DNA of 63,595 bases, the filler included, from Octopus bimaculoides (lineage: Eukaryota), in NCBI RefSeq assembly GCF_001194135.2. It is 6 parts of 5 records of this genome, joined end to end, with 100 filler letters (N's around TTAATTAATTAA, not from the genome) between each part and the next. Parts side by side here need not be neighbours in the genome. Positions count along the whole stretch, not along the records: positions 1 to 26,705 come from NC_068984.1; 5 more parts are not named here. One strand, given 5' to 3'. Each line of letters opens with the position of its first letter. The first letter of the stretch is position 1. The notes beneath the pieces were generated by a model. The model did no database searches, was not told the DNA's origin, and saw only the letters and a list, made by a program, of their open reading frames with translations. Made by a program: the position numbers and the translations under genes. Shown here one piece after another: positions 13,212 to 26,260 of this stretch.

Positions 13212-13803
13212 CACGTGCTTTCGCTGTACTACCAAGCGCAGCTCTGTGTGCCCTGGGTATGTGGTGTGGTTTGTTGTGGTGCTCTTATTTTCACTGTATT
13301 GAAAGTGTTATTTGTAGGATGTGTGCGGTGCCTAGTAGTGCTATTTTCCGTGTGTTATATATACTTGTGAGTCTTGGTGTTTTTGTCATCATACCTAATG
13401 CGCCTACTATAATAGGAATTGCTTTTGTTTTTGGACTCCACATTCGAGGTACCTCTATTTCCAGATTTTTGTATTATGAAAGTTTCTCCGTTTCTTTGGT
13501 ATTGATTAATCGATTAGAAAGCATTTTTCTTGGTGATCTCTGACAACTACATCCGGCTTATTAGCCTTGATTTCTCTATCTATGTGTATTGGCATATCCC
13601 AGAGTATGGTTGCTTTCTCATTTTCTGAGGCCTTTTAAATCTCTGCTTTGAGTCCTGAGCTTCTCAGCCATTATTGTGATTTTGCTTTGTCTATTTCTTT
13701 TCTGATTAGTTTAACCCAATATTTGCCATCTAGGGGCTTTTCTTGCAATCGTTTTATCATTATACGTTGCTGCATACAGTCTTAAATCATTTATATACAA
13801 GTG
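13211..13803 (-). mobile_element. R4/Dong-type (RLE) LINE 3' part, copy 2, internally deleted
   Basis: TILWDMPIHIDREIKANKPDVVV...KNLEIEVPRMW..KTKAIPIIVGALG...IALLGTAHILQ (RLE domain), joined to RT-like HLYINDLRLYA; (AAT)n tail. Confidence 0.85.
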
Positions 13804-13845
13804 CTGTTGTTGTTGTTGTTGTTGTTGTTATTATTATTATTATTT

Positions 13846-14254
13846 TATGTTTGACTTTTGCTTTGCATTTGTACAAGTTGGATCCAAGTCTCACCCAGAG
13901 ACCTCAAGAGACAACAAGTTAGAAGTTCATGTAGATGTTATGCCTAGGGTACCATATATTTGGATTTGTACATAGTGTTGTTCTAGAGAATGTTTAAGAA
14001 ACCATAAGAAAATTATGTGTTTGTTTTAAAATTTGAGATCACATAGACAGTATTTTACGTAGGATATGGGCAGTTCCCATGAGCACTATCTTTTGAACTT
14101 CAGCCATTTTGGGGTTTCCTGATATCTGAGCTAGGTAGTAATCAGCCCGTTTCGCTGTCATTCCCAGGGCACCTATGACAATAGGTATTGTTTTAGTCTT
14201 CAGAGTCCACATTTTGCTAATTTCTATTTCAAGATCTTTATATTTGCTCAGTTT
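13846..14254 (-). mobile_element. R4/Dong-type (RLE) LINE 3' end, copy 3
   Basis: Uninterrupted KLSKYKDLEIEISKMWTLKTKTIPIVIGALGMTAKRADYYLAQISGNPKMAEVQKIVLMGTAHILRKILSM* (14254-14039), then 3' UTR and (AAT)n(AAC)n tail. Confidence 0.9.
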
Positions 14255-14279
14255 ATTATCATTATTATTATTTAAAACA

Positions 14280-15120
14280 GTTTGATTCGTCCCGATACAA
14301 CTTAAAGTTTCGTAAGCTCCTTAGAGAAACCTAGTTTGTCGGGCTCGGGTATGAATAAACATCTGAAGAGAAATGCACTACGCATTAGATAAGCATACAG
14401 TAGTAGCTTATTGGAGTACGTACTCACCGCAGAAGATGGCGATTGTTTTGTAATGGAATGTGGTGTAATGGTAATTACTGAGAGAAAGAGGGGGACTAAC
14501 TTCTGACTTACACGTCATCATTATCAGTATCTATTTCAGAGATCAAAAAACGTATCCAAATTTGTTTGACATTTACGGCACATCATCTCTTTGTAAAGAT
14601 CATTGTTGAAGATAAGTTCATCACAGTTTCTTGTAATTTTTACGTTGCGTCCACGAAAAGGATCGTTACCAGCAATGATTTGCATACCTTCTACATGCGT
14701 CGAATCTTCAGCAATATTTTGCATTCAACTGGATTGAGTGGGGTGGAGCTTCTATATATTATTTTTGTCCAGACGTTCGCTCTTATTCTAAGTGTATCAA
14801 CTCTTCATTAAATAAGCTTTCTCAACAGTTTGTAACAACTCAACTACATCAGCTCTGACGTTTTCAAATCCCACATCCTTTGTTTTTCTCAATATCTTGT
14901 TGAACTTGATGTAGAATTTATGCTGGTGGAAAACCTATAAAGTCCTGGTTACATTCAGGCTTTGTTTTCGAAAACACCATTCATGTTGAAGGTTTCACCT
15001 CATTTCATGACTCGACTATGGCATCCACAATATCCTGGATGTTGAACTTTTGATATTTTTGCTTTAATGAGTTGCTTCCAAGTTCTTTTTCTGATAATGC
15101 CTTGTAGTTAGCAATCACAA
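14280..15120 (-). mobile_element. pogo/Tigger (TIGD1-like, DDE_1) transposase pseudogene, 3' part
   Basis: QKFNIQDIVDAIVES*NEVKPST...DFIGF...GFENVRADVVELLQ...NEELIHLE...NDPFRGRNVKITRN...YKEMM...QTNLDTFF, collinear with the Tigger C-terminus; multiple stops and frameshifts; left boundary uncertain. Confidence 0.8.
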
Positions 15121-15941
15121 TTTAGTTGACTGGCTGTGATAGAAACAGAAAAAAATAAATTAGATTAGAAGGGAGTAACTGGATAAGAAAAAAATATCAC
15201 GAGTATGTCCACATTGAAAATACAAGAATTAAGGTGCAAGTTTTTACCTACATGGAGACATGGACCGAACACGATTCTAGTACTTTAATCGGAGTGCCTG
15301 TCGATCGACGATGCCAACACTATCTGGCGCTAAGTCGCATCTCTATGTGCCGAGCTGAAAGCTCATCAAATTATCCTTGTTAATTTGTATCCCTGTTATT
15401 ATTAGGGATATGTGATCAAAGCATTCCAGCTGTGACCGTGTCACGTTTTCCTATGATCAAGAAACCTAGGACCTCATTGTTGAACGTTGCCTTTTTTTTA
15501 AACAGTAGGATATGATTCGTGGAGGATTTGGTTGTTATTCATAGCAGAGCGAGCGTCCACTTAGCGGCGCTGTCGTTAGCCCGTTACTGAAGTTAGAGTG
15601 GCTAATATGGCCTGAATGAATGGTCCTACACTCTACATGTGTAGGTAAGAGACTATAGCAAATATACGACACTTGCTTTTAATAGTCAGGGCATGCCATA
15701 GTGTGTAGGTCACAACGTCCATACCATTTGGAGACGTTTTTCATATGGTTTAGACTTATAATGTTAAATTTTGTTCATGTTTTGTGCGTTTATTTATTTA
15801 TTTTTATGTGCTTTGTTTTTCTCTCACACATCTTCTGTAAAATATCCACCGATTATGGTAATATGCCTTCTTCCTGTAACCTCAACCGTCGTACATACGG
15901 CAAATAGAGAAATTATCATTATCATTATCATCAGTAATGAT

Positions 15942-15943
15942 GA

Positions 15944-16003
<60 letters not shown>

Positions 16004-16080
16004 CAGCAGCAGTAGCAGTAGTAGTGGTAGTAGTAGTNNNNNNNNNNGTAGTAGTAGCAGCAGCAGTAGCAGTAGTAGTG

Positions 16081-16137
<57 letters not shown>

Positions 16138-16150
16138 ATGATGATAATAA
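15942..16150. repeat. (AGT)n/(AGC)n microsatellite
   Basis: Direct reading. Confidence 0.95.
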
Positions 16151-16226
16151 TAATGATAATAATAATTTTTGTTGTTCGTACTGTTTTGTTACTTTTAAAT
16201 CAAGCATTTATGCATTTATCAATCAT

Positions 16227-16265
<39 letters not shown>

Positions 16266-16845
16266 TTTTATGTGTCACTGAACATAGGTGAAAAGAAATC
16301 GACAAAGTGTGATAGCATCACATTTAATCAATCAAAGAGCAGGCAAGCGAATTGTTGTAATTATGTATAATTTCTTAAACACAAGATGAATGTCAAGTGA
16401 ATGTTGGAAATGATTAGACAAAGAAACAAACAAACAAACAAACAAACAAAGCCACGAACACAATTCTCGAATAAGAAGAATATATGAAGTTATAAGTAAA
16501 ATAAATATGGCCCAATGGCGGGAAAAAACAGAAAACAAAGCAAGATATGGCCAGGTGGAGGAATAGGAATGAGTATAATATTACAAGATTAAAATTAGAT
16601 ACGCGCGCGCGCGTGTATGTGCGTAAGTGCATGCTTTATATGAATGTATGTAGCCATATGTAGATATATGGTGTATACACACATGTGATGTATAATACAC
16701 ACATACACATATATACATTACAAACATATACACATACATATAAACATAGCTATATACATATAGATATGGATACACACACACACACACATATATATATACT
16801 CAATTACGTGTTTCAGTCATTTGACTGCGGCCATGCTGGAGCACC

Positions 16846-16881
<36 letters not shown>

Positions 16882-16959
16882 AACAATATATGAGTATATG
16901 CATATATATGTACATGTATGTACATACCTTCATCTATATGTACATATAGATACATATCT

Positions 16960-17230
16960 GGGTACATGACGTTGCAAAAAAACATAGACAAAATGATAAA
17001 CAAGGTACAAAAACACGCAGGCCACATAGAGAACATATCTTTCATCAGCTGCCACCATTAAAACACTGGCGTTTAGCTTAAAAGTGGCCCTATCGGGCGG
17101 TTTTTAAGCTAGCTCCTGTGGAGGGCTCTTCATTGGGCCTTGGGCCCAACAATGACCCTTCATGCATTAAGTACATAGTTTTCAAGCAATGAACAATTTT
17201 CACCAAAACAATGATATAATTTATCGACTT
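16960..17230 (-). mobile_element. Probable PLE 3' end/pLTR fragment, homologous to ~37690-37800(+)
   Basis: Shared block AAACGCC(A/G)GTGTT...G(G/T)GG(C/T)AGCTGATGAA...ATGTTCTCTATGTGGC...TTGCAA(C/T)GTC(A/C)TGTACCC; both copies are preceded by GIY-YIG-end-like codons (KLFIA, REHFFI). Confidence 0.45.
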
Positions 17231-18322
17231 GGAATTTATTGCAAAGCTGAATGATAAACAACAGTACCATCACCATCGCCACCACATCTGCCATACACAT
17301 ACCATTCAGACTTCTGACGCCACCACCATCAATACCTTAGACTTCGCTGCCTGCCCCTCCACCTCCATCACCACCGTCTTTCATATCGCTTACTCTCACC
17401 GTTACCCCTGACCGCCTCGGCTACCTCCACCACCATCATCATCACCACCACCGACGCCTCTATCACAACTACAGCTCATACTATTACTATCACCCCGTTA
17501 ACATCACAAAAAGGCTAAATATGTGTGTTCGTTCAGTATGTTAGTTCAGTGTTCAGTCCCACTTTCTCTCACATACCCACTCTTTTTCACTCTCCCACTG
17601 TCACCATCAACACTATTACTTTTAATAAAAACATCATCATTTCTTCCTAAATTTCTTTCTTTCTTTCTCTCTCTCTCTCTCTCTGCCTTCGCCACCGCCC
17701 TCACCGTCTCTATGCCTACTATTATTCTCACCTCAACATGAGCAATAGTAGGAGTGTCAATGAATAGTGAGAGAGGGGTCGAAGTGTGACACACTGACAC
17801 ACAGAAATTAGTTTTCACGTTTATTATATTATATAAAGTAGGTGTATGCTGTCAACTTAATGTGACAGTCCCATGAAGAGAATAATACTACTACTATTTA
17901 ACTCTAGGAAGCAGCACCGCTTCCTGTCGGCCTTGACACATTTCCTGTGTTCTTATGTTTACAAGGGGGAGACAAGCACCTCCACCCAGCTAAGTCTGCA
18001 TCCAGAGACATGTTTTTGAGTCTTTGCTCGTCATAAGTCTGGAGTAGCAATGGCCTGCTAGTTGGAGATGCCTGTCAAGCTCTCGTAAACATAATAATTC
18101 TAGTGAAACACATTCACTGATTTCACTGAAAGAAAGAAAGAAACTATTTTCTGTACTTATGCTTTATTTTATCGACCGAGAAAGAATCGTCGGGATTGCA
18201 AATAAGAACGTAGAGAGAATATTTTTTTCGAATCACTCCTTTTATTCTGTCGAGTGAATAAATGTCAAGAACGAAGCAAAATGTAGTGAACACAGCTACA
18301 TAGTAAACAGACAGAGATAGAC

Positions 18323-18375
<53 letters not shown>

Positions 18376-18395
18376 TACTATGAAGAAGAAATGGA

Positions 18396-18434
18396 GAATT
18401 TGACGTTTCGTACAGTAGTCCTTCAACAGCCAAG
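18396..18434 (-). ncRNA. Minimal hammerhead-like motif, CUGUUGA variant, stem I decayed
   Basis: Minus: CTGTTGA-A-GGACTACTGTAC-GAAA-C-GTC; lies 3' of a GIY-YIG-end-like stretch (~18680-18740). Confidence 0.45.
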
Positions 18435-18791
18435 GAAGAATTTTTTTTAAAAAGAAGGAAAAGAGGGAAAATAATAATTGTTGGAAAGGAAATTTTATTC
18501 CATTCGTCTGATTTTCTAATTTACGTTCGAATTTTCATCGTAATCCCTCCTTGTTTCTTTCATTTCTTTCTTTCTATCTCCTTCTCCATTTTACTTTTCA
18601 TTTCACATGCAAAAAGGAGTCTAAAATAAACTTTTTTGGCAGTTTGCATTGGCAAAAACGATATAGTGGAGTTAATAGATCTTGATAAGCTTGTATGTCG
18701 TGAAGAGGAGAGTTTCTTGTTTTAGGGATTGTCTCTTTGCCTGGAAAAGAAAATTTTTGTCGGATGAAGAAAAAGAAACCTCCATCTATCC

Positions 18792-18831
<40 letters not shown>

Positions 18832-19171
18832 CAAAAGAACAATCATTAAATTTCATATCCCTATTCTCGCTAATTTATCAAAACTGACCACCACTACCAC
18901 TAAAACTACCACCACCACAATAATGGTGTTGTCTGTGGTTATGATGATGGTGGTGGTAAGTGTTGTAGACTCTTTCTTTCTTTCTTTCTCTGGCTTACTC
19001 TCTCGCCCTCTTTTACATTTTCTTTCCCTTTCTCTTTCTCTTCTTCTTCTTTTTTTCGCTGTCCCTATTTCTTTTTCCCTCTTTCTCTTTCTTTTTTTCT
19101 CTCGTCCCATTTCCTCTCTTATCTCTCTCTTTCCTTTTTTCTCTTCCTCTCGCTTTCTTTCTTATTTTCCT

Positions 19172-19214
<43 letters not shown>

Positions 19215-19301
19215 TTCTTTCAGTAACTTCTCTTTATTATTCTTTACCATAGCTTTAAGCACTTTATGCAGAGATGTTTAGTGGTGTTTCTCTCTCTCTC
19301 T

Positions 19302-19343
<42 letters not shown>

Positions 19344-21887
19344 ACCTATCTTTCTAACGTTCATTCTTTCACCCCCTCATTCTCTCTCTATCCCCTCTCT
19401 CATTATCCATGTCACACTCGCTCTTTTCTTTCCGTGTACTACAATATTCTAATTCATGCTAATTTTTAACCCTACTGTCATCATCACACCACCACCACCA
19501 CCACCACCACCATTACCACCACCACCACCACCATTACCACCACCACCACAACCATTACCACCACCACCATCACCATTNNNNNNNNNNNNNNNNNNNNNNN
19601 NNNNNNNNNNNNNNNNNNNNNNNNNNNNNNNNNNNNNNNNNNNNNNNNNNNNNNNNNNNNNNNNNNNNNNNNNNNNNNNNNNNNNNNNNNNNNNNNNNNN
19701 NNNNNNNNNNNNNNNNNNNNNNNNNNNNNNNNNNNNNNNNNNNNNNNNNNNNNNNNNNNNNNNNNNNNNNNNNNNNNNNNNNNNNNNNNNNNNNNNNNNN
19801 NNNNNNNNNNNNNNNNNNNNNNNNNNNNNNNNNNNNNNNNNNNNNNNNNNNNNNNNNNNNNNNNNNNNNNNNNNNNNNNNNNNNNNNNNNNNNNNNNNNN
19901 NNNNNNNNNNNNNNNNNNNNNNNNNNNNNNNNNNNNNNNNNNNNNNNNNNNNNNNNNNNNNNNNNNNNNNNNNNNNNNNNNNNNNNNNNNNNNNNNNNNN
20001 NNNNNNNNNNNNNNNNNNNNNNNNNNNNNNNNNNNNNNNNNNACCACCATCGCCATCACTAGCATCACTAGTACCACCATCAACACAACCACCATCATCA
20101 TCACCACCATCGCAATCACTAATAATACCAATAAAAACATCACCGCCACCACCACCACCACCACCGCCAGCGTCACTACGTTTAAGTTCCATCACTACCA
20201 TCTCCTTAATCACTGCAGAACCGATCACCATAACCACCACCATTACCTCTACTATCATCTACACCAACAAGAGTAACAGCAACAACAGCAACAACAACGA
20301 TGACGCTGACAACAATATCAATCTAGAGATTTCTGATCAGTAAAAGAATGATTAACGAACCTTATTTTGGCGGGAGCAAATGACAATAACACAAGCAACA
20401 ACGGTAATAAAGATGATGATGACGATGATGGTGACGATGATGACGATGATGACGATGATGGTGAGGAGGAGGAGGAAGAAGAGTAGGAGGAGGAGGAGTC
20501 TTATGATAATGCTTGTGGTGGTAGTGGTGGTGCTGGTGGTGCTGTTACTGATGAAGGTGATAGCAGTGGTACTGGTGCTGGGTAGTTGTGGTGCTGATGG
20601 TGGTAGTAGTGGTGGTAGTGGTGGTGGTGGTGGTGGTTAAGATGGTGTTGTTGATAGTTTTCACTTGATAATATATATTTGATGCGAATGGAAATAATTT
20701 TCAGGTATTTATATATTTAATTTATCTTAGTTAATAAGGAGAAAAAAAATTAATGATAAATATTAGAAAATATTGATCAGTGTAGTGCGTTTTTTTTTTC
20801 TTCTTAATTATCACCATCACCAATATCATCATCATCATCGTTGCTATCACCATCATCACCATCATTATCATGATCTTGATCCTCACCACCACCATTGCCA
20901 TAAATCATCATCATTATTATTACATTTACTTCAGTTGTTATTGCTTTGTTGTTGTTTGTTTTTAAAATGTGAAAATAAATTATTTAAAACATTTTTGTTG
21001 AATTATTAGTGATATTGCAACAGTTTTTTTTTTATGGGGCGGGGCCTTTTCCTTTTCTGCGGTGGCGGTAGAATCGAGTGCATTCAACGCATTATAAAAT
21101 TATTAGAATATTTCAAAAAAACTTGTCAGTAACATCTTGATTTCTGAAATTTGGTTTGTGACATATATTTATCAAATAAGCTGCACAGACACACTCACAC
21201 GTTCACATATTTATGACACACATACACCCACACGTGTGTGCCTGCACACGCATGCACGAATCCAAGTTAAGTTTATAATTTGTTATCTTTCACTTGTTTC
21301 AGTCACTGGACTGCAGCCATGCTAGGGCACCACCTTGAAGGGTTTTAGTCCAAAGAATAGACCCTCGGTATTTTTTTAAAGCTAGGAACTTATTCTCTCG
21401 ATGTTTTATGCCGAATCGATAAGTTACGGGGCCATAAATGATGAACAAAAGATGCTTTTCTTCACAAATTTGCCACCAAGCAGATGGCCGGTCAAAATTA
21501 GCTCTAAATTAAAAAGAAAAATGCATACATACATCACTGAACGGTCTTGCTGCTGTGAATATCTCTTCAAAAATCAAAGAGACCTTCAGCTTCTATATCA
21601 GATTATAGATTCTCACTTGTACCAATAACCGTTGGAATTAATAATTGTTGTCGTAAATGCTAACGTAACAATCTGAAAAAGCTAGGGTTTTCACACAAAG
21701 AAATCAATCAGCTAACATACACATTACAAGTACAATCTGTAAGCGGAACAGTAAAAGTATGTAAGATTTTCTCAAGTTCAAAATGTGGTATTGCTTTTAT
21801 TACCTACATCCCAACTATTGAGTATTGTATCTTGGTTAGATAACAGCTCCTTCTCTACAAGAAATCTTCAAATAATTAAAAGAAGAG

Positions 21888-21928
<41 letters not shown>

Positions 21929-22593
21929 TCACACACACACATATATAAGTAATAATTTTAGATTTGAGCATACACTTTGTATGCAGCTTAAAGCCCGTTC
22001 ACTGCATTCGGCTGCCTGATCATCAACGGCATGAATTTAAATGCCACTGGATTTACTTCAGGAATTCCATCGTGTCCGTAGACCCTATAGAATATGAGAG
22101 AAAGGGAAGGAAAATTGAACTCATGAGGCTGTTTTTACAGCATCTCACTCGCGAGAAACCGATACACAATGAGTCAAACCGATCATAGTGATTAATAAAG
22201 AATCTCGTGAATTCCATTTTCCTGAACAAGGCACTTAAGTAAATTTACACTGTATCATTTCCTTTATATAAGAGTTTGGTTTTCTTGATATTAATGCTTC
22301 TTTATACATTCATTATGCATGCGCAGTGTATGTTGTCTACGTGAATGTTCTTTAAATTACACCTGTTATATGTGTACGAGCATTTATGTTTGTGTATGCA
22401 TTCATATTTATGCATTCATATTTATTACACTTGCACATTTATTAGATTTGACTGTGGCCATGCTGGAGTACCACCTTACAGGCTTTTTTAGTCGAAGAAA
22501 TCGACTGCATGACTTATTTTTTGTAAGCCTAGTACTTATTCTATCGGTTTCTTTTGCTGAACCGCTACACACACACAAACACACACACACACA

Positions 22594-22627
<34 letters not shown>

Positions 22628-22628
<1 letters not shown>

Positions 22629-23195
22629 CAACGTTTCGGCTGATATTATTTACATTATTTATATTTGAGGTTTCGGCTAATATACCCTCCAGCTTTCATC
22701 AGGTGTCTTGGGGAAATTTCGAACCTGGGTTCGATATTATCATTATTGTTCAGGAATCGAACTCGGAATCTTGAAGTTAGTAGCCCGCGCTCTTAACCAC
22801 TACGCCAAATGCCCGTGGGAATTATAGAGAGAATTTTTAGGGCTTATAAATCTAATATTTTCCTACCCTTCCTTAATACCGGTTCCCATATGCTATTCAT
22901 ATCTGCATTCGGTCTGCTTAGGAGATTGTTGTGTCCTAGCATATGTGCTACTTCTTTTAGCTTTCATATTTTCCAGTGGTGTTCTCTGTCTATTATTTTA
23001 ACTTATTTTAACTTATTATTTTAACAGGGAGAGGTGGTCTCCATTTTTCCATACAAGATCAGCTATACCCGATTTATCAATATCTCCTCGTGTCACAGCT
23101 TTGCGATGTTCCTCTACTCTTATTTTGAGGGGGCGCATGTTTTGCCTTTGAATAATCTACCACAGCTGCACGGGATGCAGTACACGCAGATTTTG
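22628..23195 (-). mobile_element. Penelope-like element 3' end: GIY-YIG, tRNA-like cassette and hammerhead
   Basis: VYCIPCSCGRLFKGKTC/LKIRVEEHRKAVTRGDIDKSGIAD...IWEPVLRKGRKILDL* (stop 22846-22844); A box TGGCGTAGTGG (22807-22797), B box GAGTTCGATTCC (22764-22753); CTGATGA..GCTGG-AGGGTATA-TTAGCC-GAAAC (~22702-22669). Confidence 0.85.
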
Positions 23196-23677
23196 GTCAA
23201 ATGTAAATAATGTAAATAATGTACATAATTCCTCATCTCTTAAATATAGAACTGTAGTATGAATATACTCTTTTACTACTTTTACCCTTTTACTTGTTTC
23301 AGTCATTTGAATGCAGCCATGCTGGTGCGCCGCCTTTTAGCCGAAGAAATGGACCCCTGGATTTATTCTTTGTATCCCTGGCACTTATTCTATGGGGTTT
23401 TGGGCCGAAACGCTAAGTTAAAGGGACGTAAACTCACCGACATCAGTTGTCAAACACAGATACTGGTCGGCCCGACACTAGCTCAAGTTTCCACGTAATG
23501 GGATTGAACCCGGAACCATATGATTGGAAAGCAAGCTTCTTACCACACACCCACGCTTGCGCCTATGTATGTATAAGAAGTGGTGTGTGGAAGCTATTTG
23601 TTGTGATCTCTTTCGGTCACACTAATTTTGAGTACAATAACCGATTGCTGACATTATCGGTGATAGCATCGGCTTCC

Positions 23678-23732
<55 letters not shown>

Positions 23733-24207
23733 NNNNNNNNNNNNNNNNNNNNNNNNNNNNNNNNNNNNNNNNNNNNNNNNNNNNNNNNNNNNNNNNNNNN
23801 NNNNNNNNNNNNNNNNNNNNNNNNNNNNNNNNNNNNNNNNNNNNNNNNNNNNNNNNNNNNNNNNNNNNNNNNNNNNNNNNNNNNNNNNNNNNNNNNNNNN
23901 NNNNNNNNNNNNNNNNNNNNNNNNNNNNNNNNNNNNNNNNNNNNNNNNNNNNNNNNNNNNNNNNNNNNNNNNNNNNNNNNNNNNNNNNNNNNNNNNNNNN
24001 NNNNNNNNNNNNNNNNNNNNNNNNNNNNNNNNNNNNNNNNNNNNNNNNNNNNNNNNNNNNNNNNNNNNNNNNNNNNNNNNNNNNNNNNNNNNNNNNNNNN
24101 NNNNNNNNNNNNNNNNNNNNNNNNNNNNNNNNNNNNNNNNNNNNNNNNNNNNNNNNNNNNNNNNNNNNNNNNNNNNNNNNNNNNNNNNNNNNNNNNNNNN
24201 NNNNNNN

Positions 24208-24244
<37 letters not shown>

Positions 24245-24842
24245 ATATATAGTAGTAACAGAAAAGGAGGAATTTCGATATATATATATATATACGCGTA
24301 TGAATAATAAGTAATATATAAGAAGGTATGCGTATTTATCTATATGTGTATGTGTAGTGTAGATGAGAAAGAGCGTGGTGGGAGAGAGGGAAAGTGAATG
24401 TCTGTGTGTCTACTATTCTTTCTTTCCATTTTTTTTTTCATGCTATAACTATAATTATTTTTTATTATCAAAGCTCACCGTTATATGATATGTATCATTT
24501 AATCTGCTCCATGCGTCATGCGATCTTACTGTCTCATTATTTTTATTGCATTATTATTATTATCATTATATAGTCGACGCAATTTTTTGTTGTTGCTAAC
24601 TAAAACTTTTTTTGTAGTTTACTCCAGTCCTTTTTTGAAAGTATATTATTGCATTACAATGAATTTTTTTTTAGCAGTAAAGGTTAATTTATGTGTATGA
24701 AATACATTTATTTGAACGCCAACTAAATGATATTATATCCTGTTTACTTATTTTCGTGACATCAGAAATTATTCTGCCCCACCTACACGGGACCTCAAAT
24801 ATTTCTTTTGTATTATGGACTTTATACAAGCGTGAGCACACA

Positions 24843-24913
<71 letters not shown>

Positions 24914-25090
24914 AGACACACATACACATTCACTTCCACAAACTAGCGTGCGCATGCACATACACGTGCACACACATTCAGACACATTCCAAAAGTGAAA
25001 CTGAAAGTAGGGTAAGGATTTGTTAGTATTTTTGTCGTTTGATATAATGTATATCTACACACACACATCTATCACTCTATCATCATCATC

Positions 25091-25156
<66 letters not shown>

Positions 25157-25863
25157 NNNNNNNNNNNNNNNNNNNNNNNNNNNNNNNNNNNNNNNNNNNN
25201 NNNNNNNNNNNNNNNNNNNNNNNNNNNNNNNNNNNNNNNNNNNNNNNNNNNNNNNNNNNNNNNNNNNNNNNNNNNNNNNNNNNNNNNNNNNNNNNNNNNN
25301 NNNNNNNNNNNNNNNNNNNNNNNNNNNNNNNNNNNNNNNNNNNNNNNNNNNNNNNNNNNNNNNNNNNNNNNNNNNNNNNNNNNNNNNNNNNNNNNNNNNN
25401 NNNNNNNNNNNNNNNNNNNNNNNNNNNNNNNNNNNNNNNNNNNNNNNNNNNNNNNNNNNNNNNTATATATATACACACATATATATATAAAGAGAGAGAG
25501 AGAGAGCTATAAATGTATGCCTGATTTAAGACACGTGTACACACGAACACAATCAGTCACAATCACTCACACGCACAAAAGTACACTTATCCACAAACTC
25601 TCGCTCATAATCTATCTTTCTTACACTCCTTTCTCTTCTCTCTTCAACACTCACTCTATCTTTTTCTCCCTTCCTCCCTTTCTCTTCCTCTGTTCTCTCC
25701 CTCTCGCCCCTTCTTTCTCCCTCACACTCTCTCTATCTTTCAACCTTTCGTTCTCTACGTATCAATGCCTATCACTCCTTTTCTGTGCATACACTCTGCG
25801 TTCCGTTCACTCGTAACGACATGAATATGGGTGCATGCCTGTGCACACCATTATACTTTCGAA

Positions 25864-25883
25864 TACATACATACATACATACA

Positions 25884-25914
<31 letters not shown>

Positions 25915-26260
25915 TAGCTGTTTTATCGTATACGAGCAAAGCCATTGCTTGAAAGAACCATTGAAGTGAGTCATTAATGATGCAATATGAGGCCCCTGCA
26001 TGACTCTTGAGTCAGCCAAATATTTGCACATTCTACTGCATAATGCACAGCTGTGCTGGCTGACAGAGGGAACAGGTGACACAGTATGATATCTTTTCAT
26101 ATGCCTCTTCAATCCTCCAACTGAAGAGCACTTCTTTCCACAGTTGCACAAGTTCTATTGTGAACAACAGCCCTATCACAATTTACAAGGGGTTAATTCC
26201 TGCGAGTTATCTGATGGCTGACCAAGCCAACATGACTTATATATACATGTATATATATAT
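25864..26260 (-). mobile_element. Non-LTR retrotransposon (RTE-like) 3' end with C2H2-like fingers and (TATG)n tail
   Basis: GLVSHQ..., CNCGKKCSSVGGLKRHMKRYH, CALCSRMCKYLA(G)LKSH, the last needing a 1-nt correction; CxxC..S..GL.SH is the typical RTE ORF2 end. Confidence 0.7.

Noticed and set aside
14410-14520. Minus-strand promoter or first exon (TCT-like tract, CGCCATCTT, donor CG|GTGAGT)
   Set aside because: Directly follows the acidic C-terminal codons of the Tigger relic and probably belongs to the transposon 3' region; no downstream exon found
22750-22814. Functional tRNA gene
   Set aside because: A and B boxes present, but acceptor, D and anticodon stems do not pair; tRNA-derived only. 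The same applies to all SINE heads
25807-26151. Host C2H2 zinc-finger gene
   Set aside because: Frameshifted, no TGEKP linkers or splice context, ends in a (TATG)n tail; better explained as a LINE 3' end
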